Source of the DNA: Patescibacteria group bacterium
GTDB lineage: Bacteria; Patescibacteriota; Doudnabacteria; UBA920; 2-01-FULL-50-11
Assembly (NCBI GenBank): GCA_023485925.1
Contig: JAMDAJ010000059.1
Coordinates: 1 to 46,394 of the forward strand
Length of the DNA stretch: 46,394 bases
Reading direction: 5' to 3'
In this document: in pieces, positions 16,364 through 25,000 of the stretch
Numbering within the stretch: the stretch's first letter is position 1
Layout: every line of letters begins with the position of its first letter
Program-made: the position numbers and the translations under genes
Notes under the pieces: model-generated
What the model was told of the DNA's origin: nothing
Databases searched by the model: none
What the model saw: the letters and a program-made list of their open reading frames with translations, nothing else

Positions 16364-17041
16364 CTAGTTGTTTATCTGCAGATCTTCGACTTTCAAAATT
16401 TGAGTTTCCACATTGGACAAATTATAGGAGTGGAACAAAAGTTCAGTAAGCTCCTGGGAGTTAAGACGCATAATATGCAGACCCATTGAAGAAAGGCTGC
16501 TTTCGATATGCCCCACCCTTTCGTTAAGGACCCGCAACTCCTGCTGGAACTTTTCATGAGAGGAATAGATCTCTTTGCCGGGATTGAAGATGCTCGACAG
16601 TTTTTTTGCGAATCCCTGGGTGGAAACCAGACTTCCGGCGTAAGGCACGATAACGTAAAAGGTCTTACTCATGATATTGCCGAATTCCAACAGCTTCCCC
16701 ACGTACTCTATATACTCTTCCGTCTGAACGCGTAATAATTCGTTGGCCTGCTGCATTTCCTTCTCGCGGAGCTTACGCAAATAATTGCCGATATCCAACC
16801 GCCGGGAACGAACCAAGACCTGAATGGGAAAATCCAAAGCATTGAGGAAAGATTGATAACGGGCCAGGATGGCCTCCTGTTCTTCCGTCGACTTTAACAC
16901 GAAATTGGTGGAAGAAACCGCGACGACAGCGCGAAGTCCCCCGTCAGTGGTGACGATGGTATCGGCTTTTATTTCGGAGATCAATAAAAAACCTTGCGTG
17001 GTAGACGACGTTTTTTTTCCGCGTTGCATCTCAAAGGCCAT
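16364..17041 (-). CDS. 225-aa protein resembling a stand-alone VirB4/PrgJ N-terminal domain
   Basis: TTQGFLLISEIKADTIVTTDGGLRAVVAVSSTNFVLKSTEEQEAILARYQSFLNALDFPIQVLVRSRRLD follows the pattern I recall for N-termini of Gram-positive VirB4 homologues. No Walker motifs. Stop lies 10 nt before the virB4 start. Confidence 0.45.
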   Translation of the reverse strand: MAFEMQRGKKTSSTTQGFLLISEIKADTIVTTDGGLRAVVAVSSTNFVLKSTEEQEAILARYQSFLNALDFPIQVLVRSRRLDIGNYLRKLREKEMQQANELLRVQTEEYIEYVGKLLEFGNIMSKTFYVIVPYAGSLVSTQGFAKKLSSIFNPGKEIYSSHEKFQQELRVLNERVGHIESSLSSMGLHIMRLNSQELTELLFHSYNLSNVETQILKVEDLQINN

Positions 17042-17053
17042 AGCGATTTAAAT

Positions 17054-17081
17054 CCTAAATTCTAAACTCTAAATCCTAAAC
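17054..17081 (-). repeat. 28-nt heptamer-repeat element, copy F1
   Basis: Minus strand GTTTAGG ATTTAGA GTTTAGA ATTTAGG. Ends exactly 12 nt upstream of the ATG of 16364-17041. Identical to 17648-17675. Confidence 0.85.
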
Positions 17082-17143
17082 GAATCTCAAATTCGAAATC
17101 ATAAATCGTAAACGTTTGGAGGTTTGTTAATTTAGACAATTTT

Positions 17144-17168
17144 GAAATTTGTTTAGAATTTCTAATTT
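17144..17168 (+). repeat. inverted partner of the heptamer element, copy R1
   Basis: gaaatttgtttagaatttctaattt. Same as 18074-18105 minus one heptamer. Complementary to F1 over aaattctaaac. Confidence 0.75.
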
Positions 17169-17182
17169 ATGATTTCGAATTT

Positions 17183-17635
17183 TTATTTCAAATGCACATA
17201 CTTCTCCTTCAATAGCTGCTCTTCCTCTTTCGCGTCCTGGTCAAGAATGTAAGTCAACTTATGCAACCGGCTCAATTTTTCCTCCGGACTCAAGTCCGAC
17301 GCCGCGGCTGTCTTGGGAGGCTTTTCTTGCCGTTTTACCTGCGCCAGCCCTTTCTCGCCCTTGCGGAAAACAAAGGAATTGGGTTCAGCAAAAAAACTTA
17401 AGCCAGTGACTATCAGATCGCCGAAGCTCTTGCCGTTATAACTGCCAAAAGCCGCAAAAGCGAATACCCCGACCACCGGCAAGGCAAAAATAATGAACAG
17501 TAAAAAATTGCCCGCGAAGCGGAATACAACCAACACCACGACCCCGCCGGCCAGCAAGATAAAGAACTGCCTTAGGGTCAGCGGCCCGACGATCTTGTCT
17601 TCGACGTCAGTGAATTGGGGAACGGAAAACTGCAT
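17183..17635 (-). CDS. PrgI-family (VirB3-like) type IV secretion membrane protein
   Basis: N-terminal VPQFTDVEDKIVGPLTLRQFFILLAGG signature followed by two TM helices. Confidence 0.75.
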   Translation of the reverse strand: MQFSVPQFTDVEDKIVGPLTLRQFFILLAGGVVVLVVFRFAGNFLLFIIFALPVVGVFAFAAFGSYNGKSFGDLIVTGLSFFAEPNSFVFRKGEKGLAQVKRQEKPPKTAAASDLSPEEKLSRLHKLTYILDQDAKEEEQLLKEKYVHLK

Positions 17636-17647
17636 AATCGTTCAAAA

Positions 17648-17675
17648 CCTAAATTCTAAACTCTAAATCCTAAAC
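17648..17675 (-). repeat. 28-nt heptamer-repeat element, copy F2
   Basis: Identical 28-mer, again ending exactly 12 nt upstream of the ATG (of the PrgI-like gene). Confidence 0.85.
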
Positions 17676-17710
17676 AAATATCAAGGACTAAATCTTTAAA
17701 TCCAAACTAA

Positions 17711-18070
17711 TCATTTCGTCTTTCCCAGAATGGCACCGAAAATTTTCATTAATTCGTTAGTTTCTTGGACCAACGCGTCCCTTTCCGAGGATTCCGACCC
17801 TAGCGGTTCGGTGAGATATAGCCAATAGCGACTCTCCTTCGCTTCTTTCTTGGAAATTTTAACCCGGAGGATAAAGTCTTTTTTACTCAACGACTCATTG
17901 GCCTCGATATAATTGGCGCCAACCGAACTGCCCGAACGGACTAATTGCTTACCGTGCTCAATATTTGTAATGGTCTTGGGGAGCTTGAGAATGTAGCTGT
18001 TCAACCGCCTCGCGAACTTTAGGCAACGATCCTCCAAATCATAAGGTTTAGAATTTGGAGTTTGAACCAT
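17711..18070 (-). CDS. four-helix-bundle protein (23S rRNA intervening-sequence protein / Avd family)
   Basis: KFARRLNSYILKLPK, GKQLVRSGSSVGANYIEANESLSKKDF, KISKKEAKESRYWLYL. Length 119 aa. Confidence 0.8.
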   Translation of the reverse strand: MVQTPNSKPYDLEDRCLKFARRLNSYILKLPKTITNIEHGKQLVRSGSSVGANYIEANESLSKKDFILRVKISKKEAKESRYWLYLTEPLGSESSERDALVQETNELMKIFGAILGKTK

Positions 18071-18073
18071 TTG

Positions 18074-18105
18074 GAAATTTGTTTAGAGTTTAGAATTTCT
18101 GATTT
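18074..18105 (+). repeat. inverted partner of the heptamer element, copy R2
   Basis: gaaatttgtttagagtttagaatttctgattt. Its reverse complement matches F2 over 17 nt (aaattctaaactctaaa), plus 5 more nt across a 7-nt indel. Confidence 0.8.
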
Positions 18106-18187
18106 AGAATTTTTCGTCGAAAACCTATAATATTCGCATCTTTTGTACTATTTCTGTTTCAAGAATTTTCACAAAACTTGTACAAAA

Positions 18188-18216
18188 ATTATACCACACT
18201 TCCCTGCTATAAGCAA
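18188..18216 (-). promoter_or_regulatory. strong sigma-70 promoter for the 4HB-PrgI-VirB4 operon
   Basis: Minus strand TTGCTT, 17-nt spacer, TGgTATAAT (extended -10). Confidence 0.65.
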
Positions 18217-18239
18217 AAAAGGCCTTTACGACCTTTTTG
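18215..18239 (-). terminator. terminator of the upstream (VirB6-like) operon
   Basis: Minus strand aggtc-gtaaa-ggcct followed by tttttt. Abuts the -35 box of the next promoter. Confidence 0.5.
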
Positions 18240-18276
18240 GTTAGAAGACAAAGGTTCCCCTTGTCGGAGGTAAGTT

Positions 18277-19947
18277 TCAAATTTTGACTTCCAGTTCCGA
18301 AATTTCCTTTTTTAGACTAGAAAGCGCCAGAAATTGCTCGCGTGAAAGCACTTCTTTGTGCGCGGCCTTATAATTGCCCACCACCTTTTCAAAGGCGGCT
18401 TTCTGATCCGGAGACGTGTTATCGTTCATTACCGCCACGCCCATATTCATAAATAGTTGATAGAGCGGGCTGCGATAAAAATTTTCTGCCACCTTCGTCA
18501 CGGGCAGCTGATGCTCGTCGGAAAGATGCGAAATCCGCTGTTTGATCTGGGAAAGTTTCTCCGCGAAATAAACGCCGTCGGCGTCGGCAAGTCCGATCTT
18601 TTGCAACTGCTCCGGAGCGCTAATGGAAGCGATATCCAAAACTTGTCGACGGGAAAGATCGATAACGCCCGAGGGCATAACGGATTCGGGACGGATCTGC
18701 GACGGCACGGGCAGATTAGCCTGCAAAGGCGCGGAAGGCGCCCCTCTGGCCGAGAGGGTTGCCCTCTCGGAAACCGGCGGAGCTTGTTTTGGCGCAACGG
18801 ATTTCTCATTTGGTAGAGCCTGCGGAGTTTCGGTTCCGGTACGCATGTTGCCGGTCGTGGTCAAACCTTGGTCAGCGTTAGCTAACGCGTGCGACAGCGA
18901 CATATTGAAAAGTTTGGAGCCGGATACCAAGGTGGCCTTTTGCTCCTCCGGAGTGAGCAATGGTTGAGAGGACTGTCCTCTCCCCAAGAGGACTGTCCTC
19001 TCGGGCGCGGACGGAGCGATGGAGGCCGGCTGGCGTTTGGCCACTTCCGGCTTCAACAAATCCATCTTCGCCCGCGGCTCTGCGGCCGGACCTTGGGAAA
19101 TTATCCGCGGCATGGGCGGAACAGGACGTGCGCTCACGCGTTCCGACGTTATTCTAGGAAAAATCACTGGCCTTGCAGCCGGCAGCTCTGCTGCAACAAC
19201 AGATCTAACGCCGCCCAAGGGCTTATCCGGAACGATCGGACTCGCCGCCGACGTTTTTGGCGTAGGGTTTTTTGGAATTTGAACAGTCGTGGAAGGTGTG
19301 GCAGCGAGCTGATATGAAAACAGTCGGCTATAAATCGTAAGAAAATTCCGCAACTGGTCTTTCACGTCTTCCTGCAAACTTTTCGCCGTTGAATCGGTAT
19401 TGATAAATGTGACTACATCTACCAGTGAAGGTGCAAAACCCCCGGAAACTTTTGCGCCCGAGCGCTGCCGGTATCGGGCTAACCAATTGCCTAAAGTGTC
19501 GCCGAATCCAGTGTTCGCTGTACTCCGGGCAAGCATGCCGGCAAAATTCCGAGCCGTCTTTTGCGCCTCCTCTGGCGGCAAAATGCTCAAAAAACCGTCC
19601 AAACCGCCCCACACGTCGAATCCTTGCTGCAGAGCGAACATAAAATCGCGGTCAAGATATTTTTCCCGACCGGCGTTACCTAAACTGGAAAAGAAAACGG
19701 TTTTCAAACGGACCAGCCAAAAATAAGCGATGTCATAACTGGTTTTCTCAGCATCGCTTGCCGGCCGGGACTGGTCCAACAAATTCTGGAGACTCGCGAT
19801 GAACTTGCCGGCCGGTTCGTCGATACTTTCGATCAAATAATAAGCATATTCCTTTATCCGGTCGATATTTTCACCGCTATACAAAGCCGGCACGGTCAAA
19901 CCCGCGATGAAACTTTCGGCCTTTTTTACGTAATTAGAATACGACAT
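18277..19947 (-). CDS. hypothetical cytoplasmic protein with long Pro/Ala/Ser-rich central linker
   Basis: 556 aa, no TM helix. Helical N- and C-domains separated by about 200 aa of low complexity. Confidence 0.7.
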   Translation of the reverse strand: MSYSNYVKKAESFIAGLTVPALYSGENIDRIKEYAYYLIESIDEPAGKFIASLQNLLDQSRPASDAEKTSYDIAYFWLVRLKTVFFSSLGNAGREKYLDRDFMFALQQGFDVWGGLDGFLSILPPEEAQKTARNFAGMLARSTANTGFGDTLGNWLARYRQRSGAKVSGGFAPSLVDVVTFINTDSTAKSLQEDVKDQLRNFLTIYSRLFSYQLAATPSTTVQIPKNPTPKTSAASPIVPDKPLGGVRSVVAAELPAARPVIFPRITSERVSARPVPPMPRIISQGPAAEPRAKMDLLKPEVAKRQPASIAPSAPERTVLLGRGQSSQPLLTPEEQKATLVSGSKLFNMSLSHALANADQGLTTTGNMRTGTETPQALPNEKSVAPKQAPPVSERATLSARGAPSAPLQANLPVPSQIRPESVMPSGVIDLSRRQVLDIASISAPEQLQKIGLADADGVYFAEKLSQIKQRISHLSDEHQLPVTKVAENFYRSPLYQLFMNMGVAVMNDNTSPDQKAAFEKVVGNYKAAHKEVLSREQFLALSSLKKEISELEVKI

Positions 19948-19979
19948 AGAATAAACTCGAACTTTCCAGCAATCTCATT

Positions 19980-22900
19980 TTAAGGCGTATTAGTTTGATT
20001 GTAGATGGCGCGGGCCAACTCGTTGGTATTGAGTTTTCTCTCAATATCCGTTTCATTCTTTAACCCGCCGATCTTTGCATCCGTAACGGAACTTACTATC
20101 GCGGTCTTGATTTCAACCATCCGCCGACCGACGGAGGCCGCCGGATGGCGGGAGGAATTGATCAAGCCCTGCCGGGCGCCTTTGGCCACTGACTCGACCA
20201 GTTTGTTCAATTCCTGCGGCGGCAGCTTCCTTATAGCTCCCGGATCGGCAACCGAATTTAACTCCTTCCCAAAATCCACTTGCCCAGTTTTCCTTTCAGC
20301 CAATTTTTCAATGTTGCCGCGGGCGATGTTCTGCGCCGTGGTTGTGTTTTTGGCCAGATCCTCGATCGCACTAACCAAGTCGCTAAACTCGGGAATAGAA
20401 CCTGAAGCGCTCTTGCCTTCCAAACGCGTCTTAAGCTCATTTTGCGGCACACTTTCTTTAAGCAGCCCTTCTCTTACCGCATCCAATGCCGAAGCGCTGG
20501 CCGGCTCTGGATGCTCAGCCAGCCCTGACGCTAGCTTTGCGTTCAGCAAAGTCCGTTCCCGACCGGTGTCATCTTTTATCTTAATCCCCTCTCTTAAAGT
20601 CTTAGCTAGCCCGGCCTTGGTTGTATCCAAGCCCAGCATGCGGTTATACAATCCGGCCACGGCCTGAGAGCCCACCGGACTATGATCGAACATGGCTTGC
20701 ATGGCGTTGAAAGAAGCATGATTGATCTCCATTACCCCAGTTCTTATCAGATCTTTGCCGGGAGTGGACGCCATATAATCCTGATCCTCGGTCAGTAATT
20801 TGCCAGCCGTGCGCTGCTGGGCAAAGGTCGGGTTTTCCGCCAAAGCGTTGGAAGTGGCGTCCCACAGCTGGGAATTTATTTCCCCGTCGGTACCAATACC
20901 GCGGATAGCGTGCCAGGCAATAGCAGCCTGAATACGTGACGCGAGCTTGGCCCACTCTCTGGCGGCGAACGTCGCGCCGGTATTGTTATCCCAGACGGCT
21001 TTTCCGTCTTTCACTATGAACTTGCCGGTTTGGCCGTAAGTGCCGTCATCGCGTTTCTTGCTTAATGCCATATATTCGGCATGGTTCGTCTTCTTGCCCA
21101 TGGTCTCGCCTTGCTCAGCGATCATACGCCAGGAAACCTGGTCGTCGCCGAATAAGGCGCGGTAATAAGCCGTGGCCACGCCCATATTTGGGTCGTACTT
21201 GACATGCTTCCCATTTTTATCCGTATAGAACATAAAATCTTCCGCCTGCTGATCCGCTGCATCAGCCGATAACCCCGCCTGTACCATTTGTTTGGCAATT
21301 TCATTCTTCATTTTTTCCAAAAATGGAGTCATGGCTGTCACCACGCCGGCGACGTTTTCTGGAACGCGGCGGTCTAATGTGGAAGAATCGGTCACCTGGT
21401 CATCAAGAAAACCGCTACGCATCGGATTATAAATCGCGTCACCGCGAGCGACCGCCCGTTCTTCATCCGATTGGCCCAAATGCAACGCGCGCGCGCCTTC
21501 TTCCACCTGCTGGTCACGGTTATAATCGACCTTATCCTTCATGGCTTCTTTCACCTCGCGATCCTCGACATCATACATCCTATCCTTACTCACCCGACCA
21601 CGGGTAAAGAGCTGCTCAAGGGCTTGTTCAGCGCCCGCTGCCGCCTTGGCGCGGCGCTCCTCGGTCAAGCGCTCGCCGCGGCTTTTAAGCCCTCGGAAGA
21701 ACGACACTGGATTGGCCAAAGCAAACGCCGCCAGGCGGTCAGGCGTTATATCCCTCCCGTGCCCCAAGATCTTATTGGTTGTAAATTCGTTCCAAGCCCG
21801 GCCGGCCTTGCCTTTTGCCGCGCCCAAAGCATATCCTCCAACCACGCCGGCTCCCACCAGCGGCAGCATGGCGGCTTTTTGGCCCAAATTCGTTAAAGCG
21901 CCGGAGCCGAAAATCGAAAGCTTTTTAGCCACGAGCAGGCCCGCCAGCACGAACGCAATAACTTCCACCTGCTGCAAACCGTTAAGCACAAGCTGGGAGA
22001 ACAAGCCCATTGAGGCGGCGCAGCTGGCCGTGGCATCGGTGGCTTTGAGCGCATCGCACCCGTTGGTGATCTCCCCGAAAAACGGCTTGTTCATCAGTTC
22101 GATGGCGATGCGCAGGAAGAAAAAAAGAATGGGTAAGAACATTCCGTACTTAAGAAAATTCGTCCACCAAGCCCGAGCCAGCCCGGCCGTGGCCGGTATC
22201 ACAAGCAACGCCGGCCAAAACGGTGAAAGTATCAGCAAAATACGCAGGGCCACCGTGGCGATAAGCATATATACCGCCACCGCCGCCATGGCGCCGAATG
22301 CCAAAAACGACAAGCTCAAATTCATCAGCTCGGCGGCAACTACCGGGATCTGGCCGGGATTAGGCACCGCCGAATTCAACGCCAAACCGATAGCCTGCAC
22401 CGTGTCCACGCCGCCCACCGAAACCATATGATAAGCTATCAATTTGTATCCCAGCCAGCCCAGTTGCGAAACCGAAGTGGGGTCCAAGAAGGTAAAACGA
22501 ACAATGTCGAAAATTTTTAAAAACGCCTGAGCAATGACCAAGCTGAAATTTACGAGCAGCGCCATTATGATGAGCTTGCCTAAAAGGCGCTTGTAATTGT
22601 AGGACTGCAACCGCAAAATAGTGGCGACGCCGATGACGATCATTATCAGAATAAAAATCATGTTCACAAAATTGCGGACGATCTGCCAAGCCCCGCAAAT
22701 ATTGCTCAAAAAGCCCGTGCCGCCGGCGGTGCTGCAGGAGCCGACGCCGGTCTGGATTTTGCCGATGGCCACCATCAACGGGATGACCATGGTGAAATAC
22801 AGCAAGAACAGGAAAGTCTGAATGGCCATAAAAAGAGGCGAAAGGATGCTGGTCACGTAGGCTCGGAACGGGTCGTCAGTGCCGCCTCCGTCGGACCCGG

Positions 22901-23336
22901 ACGACGAACCGGTAATTTGCATTTTGCCGTCCACCATTCTGACGTTGATGTATCCGGAAGCGATAGTCGCGCCACTTGTGTCAAAGGCAAAAACCGTAAT
23001 CTTTGCGCCATCGCTGGCTTGCCCGCTGGTAAAAGTGCACGCCCCCGACAATTTCGCCGTGTCCAAAAATGTATTGTTTTGCGCGGTACCGCCACCGCAG
23101 TCAATTCCCATTGCCGGCGGGGTCTTGCTGCCGGTGAATTGGGCGTCAAAAGTCACGGTCTGATTCTGTCCAAATGTACCGGTCACTGTGTTGGTAATGG
23201 TCACGGTGTCGGCGGCCCGCGCGGTCTGCGGCGCGACAAAAAACGCGAACGCCAACGACAAGCCCAAACCGAAAGTCAGGGCAAAAATCGCCGACCGTTC
23301 ACGGGTTATCAATTTTGGATGTTTGAAAAGCATCAA
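19980..23336 (-). CDS. extended VirB6/TrbL-like polytopic membrane protein (1118 aa)
   Basis: Signal peptide, about 130-aa exported domain, about 350-aa multi-TM core, then about 600-aa hydrophilic C-terminal domain. Sits upstream of PrgI/VirB4 as PrgH does. Confidence 0.6.
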   Translation of the reverse strand: MMLFKHPKLITRERSAIFALTFGLGLSLAFAFFVAPQTARAADTVTITNTVTGTFGQNQTVTFDAQFTGSKTPPAMGIDCGGGTAQNNTFLDTAKLSGACTFTSGQASDGAKITVFAFDTSGATIASGYINVRMVDGKMQITGSSSGSDGGGTDDPFRAYVTSILSPLFMAIQTFLFLLYFTMVIPLMVAIGKIQTGVGSCSTAGGTGFLSNICGAWQIVRNFVNMIFILIMIVIGVATILRLQSYNYKRLLGKLIIMALLVNFSLVIAQAFLKIFDIVRFTFLDPTSVSQLGWLGYKLIAYHMVSVGGVDTVQAIGLALNSAVPNPGQIPVVAAELMNLSLSFLAFGAMAAVAVYMLIATVALRILLILSPFWPALLVIPATAGLARAWWTNFLKYGMFLPILFFFLRIAIELMNKPFFGEITNGCDALKATDATASCAASMGLFSQLVLNGLQQVEVIAFVLAGLLVAKKLSIFGSGALTNLGQKAAMLPLVGAGVVGGYALGAAKGKAGRAWNEFTTNKILGHGRDITPDRLAAFALANPVSFFRGLKSRGERLTEERRAKAAAGAEQALEQLFTRGRVSKDRMYDVEDREVKEAMKDKVDYNRDQQVEEGARALHLGQSDEERAVARGDAIYNPMRSGFLDDQVTDSSTLDRRVPENVAGVVTAMTPFLEKMKNEIAKQMVQAGLSADAADQQAEDFMFYTDKNGKHVKYDPNMGVATAYYRALFGDDQVSWRMIAEQGETMGKKTNHAEYMALSKKRDDGTYGQTGKFIVKDGKAVWDNNTGATFAAREWAKLASRIQAAIAWHAIRGIGTDGEINSQLWDATSNALAENPTFAQQRTAGKLLTEDQDYMASTPGKDLIRTGVMEINHASFNAMQAMFDHSPVGSQAVAGLYNRMLGLDTTKAGLAKTLREGIKIKDDTGRERTLLNAKLASGLAEHPEPASASALDAVREGLLKESVPQNELKTRLEGKSASGSIPEFSDLVSAIEDLAKNTTTAQNIARGNIEKLAERKTGQVDFGKELNSVADPGAIRKLPPQELNKLVESVAKGARQGLINSSRHPAASVGRRMVEIKTAIVSSVTDAKIGGLKNETDIERKLNTNELARAIYNQTNTP

Positions 23337-23363
23337 AAAAATGAATAAAGGCTGGCGTGGATT

Positions 23364-24947
23364 TTACTGATTTTGAACAGTAATCGTAACGCTGTCGGTG
23401 GCAGTCTGGCCACCCGAGCCGATGCAGGTAAGCGTGTAAGTATCGTTCCCGTAAACCTGGATAGTGGCATAACCGGACGTTTGATTGTAGCCGCCGGGTG
23501 TAACCGATGCCGATGTGGCGTTCTGACAAGACCAGCTTAAAATCACGCCGTCGCCGGAGTTTGTTACGGTCAGTGGAACAGCGTTAATATCGGCGCTTAA
23601 GCTTAGCGCGCCCGCTCCCCCGCCGCTTCCGGAAGATGAGGGCAAACATTGGCCGCAGGGTCCGGGATTGGGTCCGGAATAAGTTTGGTAGACGCCGCTG
23701 TTATCTTGGCCGGCGTTGCAAGCGGGCACCGCCGGACATTCCTCAACCGCCACGGTGTTCGGGTCGTCACATTGACAGACTTGGGTGGCATTGCCACTCT
23801 CCGCGTTCGTATCGGTCAAGGCGTTGGCGTTCTTATAAGTGGTCTCGCCTAAATTGCCGGAATTCGGCGTTTGACCCAAAGCCGCGGTGTTGCTTCCAAA
23901 AATCCCGCCGGAGAAAAGCCGGAAAAAGGCCCAGGCCGAACCTTCGGTAATAGCCGCATATAGAACGTTGTTGGTCAAATAATCCCGGTTAAGCAGTCTT
24001 TGTACGGACACCTGCACTACCTTGGCAACATAACCGCCGGGGCTTCTGATCTGGCCGGAAGTGTCGCCAAGCGTAAAATTTACGGTTGCGCCGCCTGAAC
24101 CAGGGTATGTCACCTTGCCGGTCTTGTAAAAATCCGACGTGCGCAAAGCGGGGTTGGTAGAAAGCTGCGCCAAGGCGGCGAGGTCGTCTTTGTTGCGGCT
24201 GCTTTTATATCCTTCCGAGTTCGCGATTTCAGAAGCCGCTGACGACTGCGCCTGATTTTTTGTCGCTATCGCGGCGCCCTGATATTTGAAATACAAAGTT
24301 TCCGGGGTCTCCTGGGCGCCCAACAAAGCCAATTGCGGATAAATACCGGGGTCCTGAAACGCGGCGCTGTTGGAACTCCCCAGAGGCGTGGCGTTGACCT
24401 TCGGCAAATTCTTTACGGCCGGCTGCTGGGTGGTGATGGTGGAAAGATCGACGTATACGCGGGAGTAATTCATGCCGCCGCGAAAAACCTCGTCATATCC
24501 CATATCCACGAGCTTGCGGTCGGTGGGATCAAGGTACTTATCAAAAAGAATGCGGTAACGGAACACCACGTCGGAAAGCGAACGGTTATAGCCGTAATAA
24601 TCGGTTATCTGCAATTTTTTGTTCAGTTGACTCCCTATCCACTTGCCCATGGCAATGCCGGCGCCGTAGAGCGTGGCTGTAAAAATATTCTTAAGGACGT
24701 TGCGGGTCCCCCGATTAGGGTCGGCCGCCACCTGGATTGGCACGCAGGAACCGAATAAGCCGGGCCCAATGCCGTTCACGCCGCAATCCAATTCCATTTT
24801 GTCGCCTTCGCCCGAGAAATCAAACGCCCGGGCGGTCGGCGTCGATAGAACAAAAGCGACATTACCCAAAGGCGTAAACGCAACCAGCGCCAATACGAAT
24901 ATAAGCAAAAATTTGTACGCGGTGAGGGTCCGTTTTTCGTAAGCCAT
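23364..24947 (-). CDS. secreted protein with Cys-rich linker and C-terminal Ig-like beta domain
   Basis: Signal peptide ending TARAF. C-terminus PLTVTNSGDGVILSWSCQNATSASVTPGG...YTLTCIGSGGQTATDSVTITV. Confidence 0.7.
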   Translation of the reverse strand: MAYEKRTLTAYKFLLIFVLALVAFTPLGNVAFVLSTPTARAFDFSGEGDKMELDCGVNGIGPGLFGSCVPIQVAADPNRGTRNVLKNIFTATLYGAGIAMGKWIGSQLNKKLQITDYYGYNRSLSDVVFRYRILFDKYLDPTDRKLVDMGYDEVFRGGMNYSRVYVDLSTITTQQPAVKNLPKVNATPLGSSNSAAFQDPGIYPQLALLGAQETPETLYFKYQGAAIATKNQAQSSAASEIANSEGYKSSRNKDDLAALAQLSTNPALRTSDFYKTGKVTYPGSGGATVNFTLGDTSGQIRSPGGYVAKVVQVSVQRLLNRDYLTNNVLYAAITEGSAWAFFRLFSGGIFGSNTAALGQTPNSGNLGETTYKNANALTDTNAESGNATQVCQCDDPNTVAVEECPAVPACNAGQDNSGVYQTYSGPNPGPCGQCLPSSSGSGGGAGALSLSADINAVPLTVTNSGDGVILSWSCQNATSASVTPGGYNQTSGYATIQVYGNDTYTLTCIGSGGQTATDSVTITVQNQ

Positions 24948-25000
24948 ATTCGCGAGGGAATTAAATGCCTTAAGAAACTGCCTGAGAAGTCGCTTTCTTA

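Noticed and set aside
17711-18070. Diversity-generating retroelement (the Avd-like 4HB protein)
   Set aside because: There is no reverse transcriptase gene and no template/variable repeat pair in the window.
17042-18110. Possible CRISPR array suggested by repeated AT-rich units
   Set aside because: The units are 7-nt tandem motifs and inverted copies rather than 25-40-nt direct repeats separated by unique spacers, and no cas genes are present.
13388-23348. Many long antisense or alternate-frame ORFs inside virB4, the VirB6-like gene and neighbours (for example 14743-15444, 20005-20667, 21541-22431)
   Set aside because: They are shadow ORFs opposite clearly motif-bearing genes, with biased Ala/Arg/Pro/Ser composition.
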